The notes beneath the pieces are model-generated. The model was not told where the DNA came from, made no database searches, and was given only the letters and a program-made list of their open reading frames with translations. From positions 1 to 61,230 of IMG/VR virus record IMGVR_UViG_3300042887_000389: DNA of 61,230 nucleotides, one strand, 5' to 3'. Positions 8,799 to 17,118 of this stretch are shown piece after piece. A program made the position numbers and the translations under genes. The DNA is from a virus. Its lineage: Duplodnaviria; Caudoviricetes. Position 1 is the stretch's first letter. Each line of letters starts with the position of its first letter.

Positions 8799-9351
8799 TT
8801 TCTTTAAATATTTTAATTAGTTCTTTCTTGTCATAAGTAGGTAAGTAGTCATAATCTTCTAGGAATTCCTCCACCGATTGCCCATCCTCTTTTGCGTACT
8901 CTATGTAGGACTCAATCTCTACCCAGAAATAGTCTGCATCAAAATTGTAGAGTCCCTCCATGTATCCATAGTCCTCCTCTGTATATGTCCCATCTGAGTT
9001 GATAGATGTCTTGCCACAGAAATCCATGCCCGACTCATGGTAGTACATCTCCACTTCTACACCATACTTCTTTGCTAGGTTTACACCAAACTCAATCGGT
9101 GGTGACCATGCAGTATTGGGCATTAGCACCAATCCTCCATCAAATTCTTGGGGATCACATTCGTAGTAAGATACATCCCACTTTGTACCAAAGTACTTTA
9201 GATTTGTGTTGTACCAATCCTCATCTTGTGGGACATCAATTAATGTCTTGAATACATTATTCTCTTGCTTACTTTCAATAGACTCCAAAGCCTCTACAAT
9301 CCTTGTAACGTCTCCGGAAATTGTGATTTCATTTGAACACCAATTAGGCAT
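8788..9351 (-). CDS. YubB/DUF1281-like ferredoxin-fold protein
   Basis: MPNWCSNEITISG, FGTKWD, TAWSPP, YHESGMDFCG. Confidence 0.8.
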   Translation of the reverse strand: MPNWCSNEITISGDVTRIVEALESIESKQENNVFKTLIDVPQDEDWYNTNLKYFGTKWDVSYYECDPQEFDGGLVLMPNTAWSPPIEFGVNLAKKYGVEVEMYYHESGMDFCGKTSINSDGTYTEEDYGYMEGLYNFDADYFWVEIESYIEYAKEDGQSVEEFLEDYDYLPTYDKKELIKIFKENEI

Positions 9352-9358
9352 AGTTATT

Positions 9359-9553
9359 TTATTTTAAGTCCTCATTATATACCCAATCACCTGTCTTCAA
9401 GGCATTGGCAATCTCTTCTGCATACATATACTCGTAGGTCTGCTTACCTACCTTTACGTGGTAGGTCTTGCGACCATCCACATCACCTGCTTTCTCAATT
9501 TTAATTTTGTCATCGCATCCCCATAGGCATAGGGCAATTAGTAGTGCTTTCAT
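9359..9553 (-). CDS. Small putative lipoprotein
   Basis: MKALLIALCLWGC lipobox-like signal. Confidence 0.5.
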   Translation of the reverse strand: MKALLIALCLWGCDDKIKIEKAGDVDGRKTYHVKVGKQTYEYMYAEEIANALKTGDWVYNEDLK

Positions 9554-9795
9554 TTTTCTAATATTAGTAGTCCAATTTTGTGGTGTGAGTTGCTGATGTC
9601 ATTGTCTAGCAATACATTGTCTTCTTCATTCTCAACCTCAAAAACTGAGGCAACCATGTACCCATTGTCCAAATAATATTTGGCAATTTGTTTCTCCTCG
9701 GGGTAGTACAGCATGTAGTCCCCAGTACTAGCATCATCTTGGTTAACTTTTACCAACAGATGACCATATCTTTTAAAGAATTCTGTTTTGTTCAT
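9550..9795 (-). CDS. Hypothetical protein
   Basis: ORF in the early array. Confidence 0.6.
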   Translation of the reverse strand: MNKTEFFKRYGHLLVKVNQDDASTGDYMLYYPEEKQIAKYYLDNGYMVASVFEVENEEDNVLLDNDISNSHHKIGLLILEK

Positions 9796-9799
9796 GTTA

Positions 9800-9994
9800 T
9801 TAATGTGTATCTAGTATAAGTCCTCCTATTAATTCTCTATGTGGCGTACTATCTTTTACAACATAGTACTCGCCTAATGCATCATCATCATCTGGATATT
9901 CGCAATACAGAAAGTCCCATGCATCCTCATAACTTTTAAATTTTTTGTTGGAGTAACACCTTGTGCTTGTCCAATCTACAATTATCCATTTCAT
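9800..9994 (-). CDS. Hypothetical protein
   Basis: FKSYEDAWDFL motif typical of small early phage proteins. Confidence 0.6.
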   Translation of the reverse strand: MKWIIVDWTSTRCYSNKKFKSYEDAWDFLYCEYPDDDDALGEYYVVKDSTPHRELIGGLILDTH

Positions 9995-9996
9995 AG

Positions 9997-10311
9997 TTAT
10001 ATTAAATTAATTTTTAAAATTGTTTCTGCAATCTCTTCTGTTAGTGGTTCTAGTATATACATTATACCACCATAGTTATCATATGACTTCCTATCTATAC
10101 TACTTTCTTTTATACAATTAGATAGTATCAATTGCTTTCTATCGGGTAGATTAAAGTTTAGTCTTACTTCTCTTGAACTAGCATTGCATGAGTACATTTT
10201 GCAATTCTCCCATTCAGATATTACAACAGGATCACTTGAATGTATATACAATACATTGCCATCCCAACTCCTATCAGATATTTTTTTATGTAATTTTTCA
10301 ATAGATTTCAT
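9997..10311 (-). CDS. Hypothetical protein
   Basis: AT-rich ORF in the early array. Confidence 0.55.
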   Translation of the reverse strand: MKSIEKLHKKISDRSWDGNVLYIHSSDPVVISEWENCKMYSCNASSREVRLNFNLPDRKQLILSNCIKESSIDRKSYDNYGGIMYILEPLTEEIAETILKINLI

Positions 10312-10453
10312 AGTATTTTTGTTCCGATTATTTTAACTCGATTCTGATTTTTGTCCATCCAGGTCAACCAATTTTCTAGATGTTTATCATCTTTGAACTC
10401 CTTGACTTGGGTGAAATACGTTCCGTAGATACCTTTCATTTCAATTACTGCTT

Positions 10454-11200
10454 TCATATATCCTCTATTTTTCTGATTACAAATCCACCATTATCTTTGA
10501 TTGCTTTACCTTTTGCTTTTAATGCCACAATACTATTTGGCATATCCAGAAATCTTAGGTCAGTCTCATCCCCATCGATGACATTCACTTCTCTATTGTT
10601 GTACACTATCTTACCCATCTTCACCAACTTCTCGTGCAGTTCCTTAGAGAATACCATTGCGACATTTTTCCCCTCGTTTAATACATTGCGAGAGTACTCA
10701 ATATTTAACTTGGTCTCTGCCCTAGAAAAAGTTAGGTAGTAGTTAGCAATTTTATTGGTCATTGCCCTACGAGGATTCTTTGTGTAGTCATAGAACTGTA
10801 CATTTGGAAACGCCTCGAAGATGTTTGAATAGTACCTATCTTCTAGTACTACCTTGATATTCTCGAATGGCAAATCAGATGTACCATTCAATCGGATTAC
10901 TAAAGAATTGCCATATTTCTTTTGTAGTTTTACAATCTCTTTGTAGATATTGACCATGAATTCTTTCGGATTCTCTAAGAACTCTAATGTCTTATTTACT
11001 CTCGCAGTTTGTACACTATTCATCGCTCCCCTGCCGGCTGAATTTAGGCATGCATCTATGCATCTTGGAGTCGCATCCCCACATACATTTGTTTTGCCAT
11101 TAGCCATCTTATGTGGAGATAGGTACATGATTCCCGTAAAGTAACCTAATTTTTGGCCTTTACTTGTTTTGGCATCTGAGTTTACTGCAATTAGTCCCAT
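10454..11200 (-). CDS. GP88-like protein (radical-SAM-related fold, atypical Cys motif)
   Basis: CGDATPRCIDACL, IRLNGTSD, FYDYTK, YLTFS, DGDETDLRFLD, ALKAKG. Confidence 0.75.
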   Translation of the reverse strand: MGLIAVNSDAKTSKGQKLGYFTGIMYLSPHKMANGKTNVCGDATPRCIDACLNSAGRGAMNSVQTARVNKTLEFLENPKEFMVNIYKEIVKLQKKYGNSLVIRLNGTSDLPFENIKVVLEDRYYSNIFEAFPNVQFYDYTKNPRRAMTNKIANYYLTFSRAETKLNIEYSRNVLNEGKNVAMVFSKELHEKLVKMGKIVYNNREVNVIDGDETDLRFLDMPNSIVALKAKGKAIKDNGGFVIRKIEDI

Positions 11201-11785
11201 AGTTAGATAGATTAGATTAGGGTTAAATTTTTAGATATTACTTCCAAATTTTAGTTGATATTACGATTGATAACGCGATGTAAATTTTCATTAGAGGCAG
11301 TACTACGGGATCGTTTATTGATACTATCCATAATGCTCCCATTACCCATAGGTAAGCCATTAAAAATTTTGCTAGGTAACTGTATGCCTTTGTCATTTTA
11401 TAGTAGTTTAAGTCCTAGCATGTATCCAAGTATAAAAATTGGAATGAATGCAATTATTGTGTAGATAATGTCGAGTACTGTTGTTTTCTTTTTCATTTGA
11501 TTATTTGTTCTTCGATTGATTCCCAATTTTCTGAGTAATATTCCTCAGCTGCTTCTGAGGAAAAGTAGAATGGTTCAAATCCATCCTTTGTGATGATTCC
11601 AGATATTTCAAAGTCTAAGACAGTTATCACCACTTCCTTTTTTTCAATTTCAATTACCATATTGTTTTTTCAAGTTCAAGTCCAAAGAAATGTCCAATTG
11701 TGATTGCTACTGCTAAGATTGCTATGGCAATTAGCCATGATTTTTTGTTGTCGCTCATTTTGTTAGTTATTTAAGTTAAAGTTTG

Positions 11786-11826
11786 TTCCATGTTGCAATC
11801 GAATGCCACATCCTAGATGCATGGAA
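11786..11826 (-). other. Compact structured element with a T-loop-like hairpin (candidate RNA processing signal)
   Basis: Minus strand TTCCATG-CATC/TAG/GATG-TG-GCA/TTCGAT/TGC-AA-CATGGAA: 7-bp closing stem enclosing two hairpins. Confidence 0.45.
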
Positions 11827-11836
11827 TGTATTTTAC

Positions 11837-12181
11837 TCAGTTACAATTTTTATATCTAGATTCCCACAATCCAGCTCGATATGCTATTTCTGAATCAGAT
11901 AACTCCATGTAATATTCAACACCATTACTTGCAGTAATTATGGCTAACTTCAGTCCATAAGATGTCTTAATACCTTTTGATTCAAACCAGAGAATTGCTT
12001 TTTCCTCAGTGGTTAATTCATTTTCGACATCGATTTTTTCTTCTACTACATTACATTGTTCCATTTCTATTTCGTAGATGTTTACATCTTTTAACTTGTT
12101 TAATGCATCTTCAGTACTTTCCGCAGTTAACTGAACTTGTGTTGAATAAGTACGATTGATTGTGATGTTGTAAGTTTTCAT
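11837..12181 (-). CDS. Hypothetical protein
   Basis: MKTYNITI...V.AES.EDA motif common in early phage proteins. Confidence 0.65.
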   Translation of the reverse strand: MKTYNITINRTYSTQVQLTAESTEDALNKLKDVNIYEIEMEQCNVVEEKIDVENELTTEEKAILWFESKGIKTSYGLKLAIITASNGVEYYMELSDSEIAYRAGLWESRYKNCN

Positions 12182-12183
12182 AG

Positions 12184-12372
12184 TTAATTGTGATTAGTGA
12201 TAAATTTTTTAACTCTATTTTTTAATTCATTAATTGTTTTCGCTTCCATGTATTCGTCAAAAAAGAAGCATTCATACATCCCATCTTCATTCAAGTCTAT
12301 GTACAAATCAAAGTACATTTCATGAAATTTCACGATGTAGTTTTTTTCCATTACTTTTTGAATAGTTACCAT
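12184..12372 (-). CDS. Hypothetical protein
   Basis: ORF near the start of the early array. Confidence 0.55.
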   Translation of the reverse strand: MVTIQKVMEKNYIVKFHEMYFDLYIDLNEDGMYECFFFDEYMEAKTINELKNRVKKFITNHN

Positions 12373-12699
12373 AGTTTTATTTTTTCTCTTGGTTTTGATA
12401 TGCTGCCCAAAATGTCAAAAATCCGTAGACTAAAATTGTTGTTCCGAAAATTAATGCTCCTAGTAAAGTCTCCATGCGTTTGTTTGTTTGTCGTTGTTTG
12501 ATGATGTAATATTAGTTTGTTTTTAGTTCATAAACTAATTCTCGTTCATTTTTTTTTAGGTGTTTAGTAATGTTTTGTGTAACTGCTTGATAATCAGAGA
12601 GATTATTTTTGTTCAGATTGATAAAAAAATTTAGATGTAGAATCCAGCTGTGAGATATAAAGCAAAGAATCATCTTATCTTCTTTGTGCATTCTCTTTG

Positions 12700-12825
12700 T
12701 TGACCGAGAGTCAGATCCCTTTGTTGACCGCGAGTCAATTGTGGGGACTAGGGTAGCAGATCTCCAACGTATGGGATGGGGATGCGTAAAGTCTAGGCAT
12801 GTGCATGCGGTTGACCGCTAGTCAA
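12700..12825. promoter_or_regulatory. Three TTGAC-N5-GTCA(A/G) palindromic sites at the transcriptional strand switch
   Basis: 12700 TTGACCGAGAGTCAG; 12724 TTGACCGCGAGTCAA; 12811 TTGACCGCTAGTCAA. Confidence 0.7.
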
Positions 12826-12953
12826 AAAGCCAAAAAATCCTAGCAAGCCTGAGGGACTGCCTACCCCCCTGTGCGAAAAAAAATCAGTTTCGGTTCGGGG
12901 TCGGCTGTCGTAATTTGGTGGTATTACCCAAACACTACTATCATCTAAATGAT

Positions 12954-12961
12954 TATATTTG
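12954..12961 (+). promoter_or_regulatory. Bacteroidota-type -7 promoter box (TAnnTTTG); similar boxes at 13411, 13799, 18408, 19138, 20207, 22902, 33978, 37754
   Basis: TATATTTG/TATCTTTG/TAGATTTG/TACATTTG each lie within ~35 bp upstream of a + strand start codon. Confidence 0.7.
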
Positions 12962-12964
12962 TGC

Positions 12965-13162
12965 ATGTACGATGGACTAACAGTTAAGAATGGTCGTTTG
13001 ATAAATGACCGTCCTAATGGAATCACTGGTATTCAGGAGGCTCTTAATATTAAGAAGACCTTGAAGCGAGCTGAGAAACTTCAGATGTATTCTGAGGCTG
13101 TATCACTAGGTGTCCAGAAAGCGCAGAATGTCGAAAATATTAAGGAGATGTTCTTGAAGTAA
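12965..13162 (+). CDS. Conserved hypothetical protein
   Basis: MYDGLTVKNGRLINDRP; promoter box upstream, terminator downstream. Confidence 0.7.
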   Translation: MYDGLTVKNGRLINDRPNGITGIQEALNIKKTLKRAEKLQMYSEAVSLGVQKAQNVENIKEMFLK

Positions 13163-13182
13163 TTGCTTTTTGGGTTTATTGA

Positions 13183-13215
13183 AGAGAGGGACTTTTAGGG
13201 GTCCCTTTCTTTTTT
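13183..13215 (+). terminator. Intrinsic terminator
   Basis: AGAGAGGGAC-ttttaggg-GTCCCTTTCT followed by a T-run. Confidence 0.75.
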
Positions 13216-13255
13216 CCTGTTCATGCTAGATAATCTGTCATAGCATGTACGAAAA

Positions 13256-13388
13256 TATGTCGTGTAACTAACTGAATATCAATCTACTGATAGATTATGT
13301 CGATTTTTAAACTGATTTGAAATTAAAAAAAATAATAATATATAAATAAGTATATATATATATATAGGGAAGGAGAACTTTGACATGG
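13256..13388. repeat. Origin-like element copy B
   Basis: Colinear with 3770-3900, including (TA)n GGGAA...TGACATGG. Confidence 0.75.
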
Positions 13389-13442
13389 AATCGGGTTTCA
13401 ATTTTTTCATTATCTTTGTGTACACTAAAACCAAAAAACAAG

Positions 13443-13733
13443 ATGGAGAAATTTTTAAGTATCCCAGTAACAGACCAGCAGAATCAATTGCTTTCTGCAA
13501 CAGGTATTGTATTAATTACGCAAGCGTCAACAACTACTGTGACTGTAAACTACAAGTCAAGCACAGGGACTGATGTTGTGACAATTACTCATGCTACAGC
13601 TGGCGCTGGTGATGAGTCTATGCGTGATGCTATTCAGGCTGCTGTTGTGAGTGCATTGGCTACATCATGGACGTATGTAGCGTTCCAGGTTGAGAACCTA
13701 CCGTTTGCTGTATCAGGTATTGCAATTGCGTAA
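13443..13733 (+). CDS. Small beta-rich hypothetical, possibly virion protein (start likely MEKFL at 13443)
   Basis: TATCTTTG box at 13411 and A-rich leader before ATG 13443; terminator follows. Confidence 0.7.
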   Translation: MEKFLSIPVTDQQNQLLSATGIVLITQASTTTVTVNYKSSTGTDVVTITHATAGAGDESMRDAIQAAVVSALATSWTYVAFQVENLPFAVSGIAIA

Positions 13734-13753
13734 TATCCCTGATTAATTAAGAG

Positions 13754-13779
13754 AGCCATTCTTCGGGATGGCTTTTTTT
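13754..13779 (+). terminator. Intrinsic terminator
   Basis: AGCCATTC-TTCG-GGATGGCT plus T-run. Confidence 0.8.
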
Positions 13780-13822
13780 GTTTTATATAAAAATTCTTTA
13801 GATTTGGTAAAATTTAAATCAA

Positions 13823-15412
13823 ATGGAACCTAAGGATTTATTCTTTGCCCAGGAGGGCAGACTCAAATTAATCTCTGGCATCAAGAAGATGGCTGGAGCG
13901 GTGAAGAGTACGTTGGGGCCTTATGGCAACACGGTGCTTATTGAGAGTCCTAATCACACGCATGGCATTACTGTAACAAAGGATGGGGTGACTGTCGCTA
14001 AGTCAGTTGACTTGATTGACCCTGTTGAGAACCTTGCGGTGAGGATGATGAAGGAGGCTGCTGATAGAACGGCTACCTCTGCTGGTGATGGCACGACTAC
14101 TGCCATAGTGTTGACTGAGGGGTTGGTGTTAGGAGGGTTGGAGCACATTAAAGATGACATGAGTCGCACTGAGGTGTTGAGGCACATTGGTGAGTTGAGT
14201 GGGCATGTGATAGATGGGTTGAAGAAGAAGGCCAAGAGGGTGAGCACAAACATGCTGCTTGATGTGGCGACTATAAGTGCTAACAATGACCGTGAGACCG
14301 GGAAGATTATTGCTGACGTGTACAAGGCTGTCGGCAAGACTGGCATAGTAACGGTGGAGCGGAGCCAGACAAGTGAGACCTATGCTGAGACCACGCAGGG
14401 GCTAAAGATTGACAGGGGGTACACAAGCCCACTGTTCATTAATGATCAGAGCCGAGATGAGTGCGTGTTTGAGGACGTGCATGTGCTGGTGGCTGACATT
14501 GAGATAGGTAACATCTTGCAGATTGAGAACGTGCTGAAGCCAATCATTACTGATGGGAAGAAGCTACTCATTGTGGCACCGTGCCACGTGAACGTGGTGA
14601 ACACACTTGCTGCAAACGTGATGAAGAACAATCTAAAGATGTGCGTGGTACAACCACCCAGCTTTGGGTACAAGCAGCATGAGCTGATGCAAGACCTGGC
14701 GGTGAGTGTCGGAGCGACATACTTCAGCGAGAAGACAGGCGATGACCTGAGTCAGATTACTATTGATGACCTGGGGCATGCATCCAGAGTGGTGGTGAGC
14801 AAGGACAAGACCATCATCCTTAAGAGTAACTTAAGGATAGATGAGGTGAAGGTCGAGGAGCGAGTAGCACAACTATGGCAGGCACATAAGGTCGCTAAGC
14901 GTAAGGCTGACAAGGACCACCTGCTTGAGCGCATTGCCTCACTAACCGGTGGCATTGGTGTGATATACGTGGGTGGGCAGACTGACCTGGAGCAGAAAGA
15001 GTTATACGACCGGGTTGACGATGCGGTGTGTGCTGTGAGGAGCGCATTGGAGGAGGGCATCCTACCGGGTGCTGGCAAGGCGTTGCTAGATGAGACTGCT
15101 GTGATTAGAAAGGAGCTATTCTTTAACTTAAGCAAGGAGCGTGAGGCTGCCATTGAGATACTATCAAATGCGATGATGGCACCATTCCAGCAAATCCTAG
15201 CGAACGCTGGGCTCAAGCCAAGTGACGTGTACAAGGAGGGCGTGGCTGTGGGGCATGGGTACAACCTGAAGACTGCTCAGACAGGTGACCTCATTAAGAT
15301 GGGTGTGATTGACCCACTGAAGGTGACTCGAAGCGCATTGCAGAACGCTGTGAGCGTAGCGACAACTATTCTAAGTACCAATGCTATCATAACAATTGCT
15401 AGACCATACTAA
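13823..15412 (+). CDS. groEL: Phage-encoded chaperonin GroEL
   Basis: TLGP, VTKDGVTVAK, AGDGTTTA, DRGY.SP, GVIDP.KVTRSALQNA; no GGM tail. Confidence 0.97.
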   Translation: MEPKDLFFAQEGRLKLISGIKKMAGAVKSTLGPYGNTVLIESPNHTHGITVTKDGVTVAKSVDLIDPVENLAVRMMKEAADRTATSAGDGTTTAIVLTEGLVLGGLEHIKDDMSRTEVLRHIGELSGHVIDGLKKKAKRVSTNMLLDVATISANNDRETGKIIADVYKAVGKTGIVTVERSQTSETYAETTQGLKIDRGYTSPLFINDQSRDECVFEDVHVLVADIEIGNILQIENVLKPIITDGKKLLIVAPCHVNVVNTLAANVMKNNLKMCVVQPPSFGYKQHELMQDLAVSVGATYFSEKTGDDLSQITIDDLGHASRVVVSKDKTIILKSNLRIDEVKVEERVAQLWQAHKVAKRKADKDHLLERIASLTGGIGVIYVGGQTDLEQKELYDRVDDAVCAVRSALEEGILPGAGKALLDETAVIRKELFFNLSKEREAAIEILSNAMMAPFQQILANAGLKPSDVYKEGVAVGHGYNLKTAQTGDLIKMGVIDPLKVTRSALQNAVSVATTILSTNAIITIARPY

Positions 15413-15414
15413 CT

Positions 15415-15648
15415 ATGGAGACAATACTTAACCCATTTGGCCACGGACAGGCGACAAAAGTCGTTGACGAGAACCGTAAGGCATGGCCTGAGTACCTACA
15501 GACTGCTGTGGTGCATGATGAGAATGAGTTCTATGTGCTGTTCGAGGATGGGCTGCTTGTAAAGAAGGGCCGCTCTAAGTTCCGCACAAGTCAATACATT
15601 AATGGTGAGAGGTTCAAGACGTTCAGAGAGCACTATGAGAACGCTTAA
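15415..15648 (+). CDS. Hypothetical protein
   Basis: ORF directly after groEL. Confidence 0.65.
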   Translation: METILNPFGHGQATKVVDENRKAWPEYLQTAVVHDENEFYVLFEDGLLVKKGRSKFRTSQYINGERFKTFREHYENA

Positions 15649-15727
15649 GTCATGGGTCATTGTGGTGGGGCTGGCTGTGGTGTTTGCACTGCTGGTCATA
15701 TGGTGGCACGAGTTCCTGACAATGTGA
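15635..15727 (+). CDS. 30-aa single-TM membrane peptide (not in track)
   Basis: MRTLKSWVIVVGLAVVFALLVIWWHEFLTM*; its TGA overlaps the next ATG. Confidence 0.55.
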   Translation: MRTLKSWVIVVGLAVVFALLVIWWHEFLTM

Positions 15728-16044
15728 TGGAGGCACCATTTGCAATTAAGGTAGGTGAGGTGCTTGAGCAGATTGAGCGCATGCTCATTGAGAAGAACCG
15801 GAAGTACGGCAACTCAGCCCTTGAGCCTATTGGTGTGTTCAGTAAGCTCTCCCCTAGGGAGGGCCTACTGATACGCATCGATGACAAACTAAAGCGAATT
15901 AAGAACGGCAGCCTAGATAAGGATGACGAAGACGTTGTGAATGACCTGATTGGGTACCTAGTCTTGTTAAAAATTCATGCAAAAAATACTGTGCCCGTTA
16001 TTGATTTGAGGACTGACCCATTCTTTAATCAGCACATAACGTAA
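15727..16044 (+). CDS. Nucleotide-modification-associated domain 1 (DUF1599/Nmad1-like) protein
   Basis: LIEKNRKYGNSAL, LLIRIDDKLKRI, DLIGYLVLL; real start likely ATG 15727. Confidence 0.8.
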   Translation: MEAPFAIKVGEVLEQIERMLIEKNRKYGNSALEPIGVFSKLSPREGLLIRIDDKLKRIKNGSLDKDDEDVVNDLIGYLVLLKIHAKNTVPVIDLRTDPFFNQHIT

Positions 16045-16360
16045 ACTTTAGTTTACAAATGACTGACATATCATTCATTGTGGTTTACATTATGGGTTAA
16101 TGTAGTAGATATACTACCATAAGCTGCCAAACGTCTCCATTTTGTCTACATTTGGAGACTAATGTTGTCGATTTTTGGGACGAACATGTCTAGTTTATTA
16201 TACAAAATACTACACTATACTGTGATTTATCTGTATAATGTAAACCACAGCTTACATTATGACGCAAAATGTGTATTATAATGCACATTATGGGTAAGGA
16301 ATTCGGAATAATTCCGAATAAAAACCTATAGGTTCACAGATTGGGAACTTTTGTTAACCT
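16041..16360. repeat. Array of mutually different short palindromes in a convergent intergenic region
   Basis: e.g. GTAAAC-ttta-GTTTAC, TACATTA-tgggt-TAATGTA, GTAGTA-gata-TACTAC, ATTCGGAAT-a-ATTCCGAAT, AACCTATAGGTT. Confidence 0.85.
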
Positions 16361-16897
16361 TTAAAATAACTTCTTGCTCACTCCAATCTGGTGAATACGC
16401 TGCAATGGCTGGTACTGGTACTGGAACAAGTACTTGTTGTCCAAGTAGGAAACAGATGCGCTAGGTTGGAGTAATGAGTTGACTCCTAAACCCAAGTAAA
16501 TACCCTTAGGCTTCTGTACAATTGTGCGAGTTTCTGTGTTGGTGACCGTGTTAGTTACCACCGGTATTTTAAAATCGTTCGTAACGCTCATTTTAAGGAC
16601 CTCTCCGAGGACTTCCCCGCTCACGTAGGTGTTACCATACTCAAAAGGAGTTGTCGTGCTGAAGGCCTTAATAATGGGCTTGTGGTCAACTAGGACTGTG
16701 TCCCTAAGAACTGTCTGTTTTATCTTTGTTTTAGGTACATATACCGTGTCTTTGACTTCAACTATCAGAGTGTCTGTTTCAGTTACGGTGGTAAACTTAT
16801 AAATCTCCTCTGCTTCAGGCTTAGGGTAGATAATAAAGGTCAGAACCACACCAATTAAAAAAGAGATGATTGCTATTTGTATTCTTTTATCTTCCAT
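16361..16897 (-). CDS. Membrane-anchored protein (spanin-like or envelope protein)
   Basis: N-terminal TM, DT(V/L)-rich repeats, C-terminal beta-strand region ending in F. Confidence 0.55.
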   Translation of the reverse strand: MEDKRIQIAIISFLIGVVLTFIIYPKPEAEEIYKFTTVTETDTLIVEVKDTVYVPKTKIKQTVLRDTVLVDHKPIIKAFSTTTPFEYGNTYVSGEVLGEVLKMSVTNDFKIPVVTNTVTNTETRTIVQKPKGIYLGLGVNSLLQPSASVSYLDNKYLFQYQYQPLQRIHQIGVSKKLF

Positions 16898-17118
16898 TAT
16901 TGCTCGATAAATAAATTGTCTTCTGCTAATATTTTTCTTAACTCCTCACGGCACCATTTATAAGCCTGATAGGTCTCATCAGATAATTCTTTGTACTTCA
17001 TTTCAGAACGAAGCAACTGGTCAAAGTCCCAGATGGCATCTTTATAATTATGACCATTGATAGCGGCTTGGAAGTCCTTGTTGTCTTCAGGCAAATTAAA
17101 TTCTAGTACTGCTTTCAT
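16897..17118 (-). CDS. Conserved small phage protein
   Basis: MKAVLEFNLPED...F..A..G family motif. Confidence 0.7.
   Translation of the reverse strand: MKAVLEFNLPEDNKDFQAAINGHNYKDAIWDFDQLLRSEMKYKELSDETYQAYKWCREELRKILAEDNLFIEQ

Noticed and set aside
13279-13500. ORFs spanning the (TA)n tract
   Set aside because: Low-complexity translation (IYIYILIY) of the non-coding origin-like repeat
16041-16360. CRISPR mini-array or simple bidirectional terminator
   Set aside because: No constant repeat with regular spacers, no cas genes, and no GC-rich stem with a U-tract
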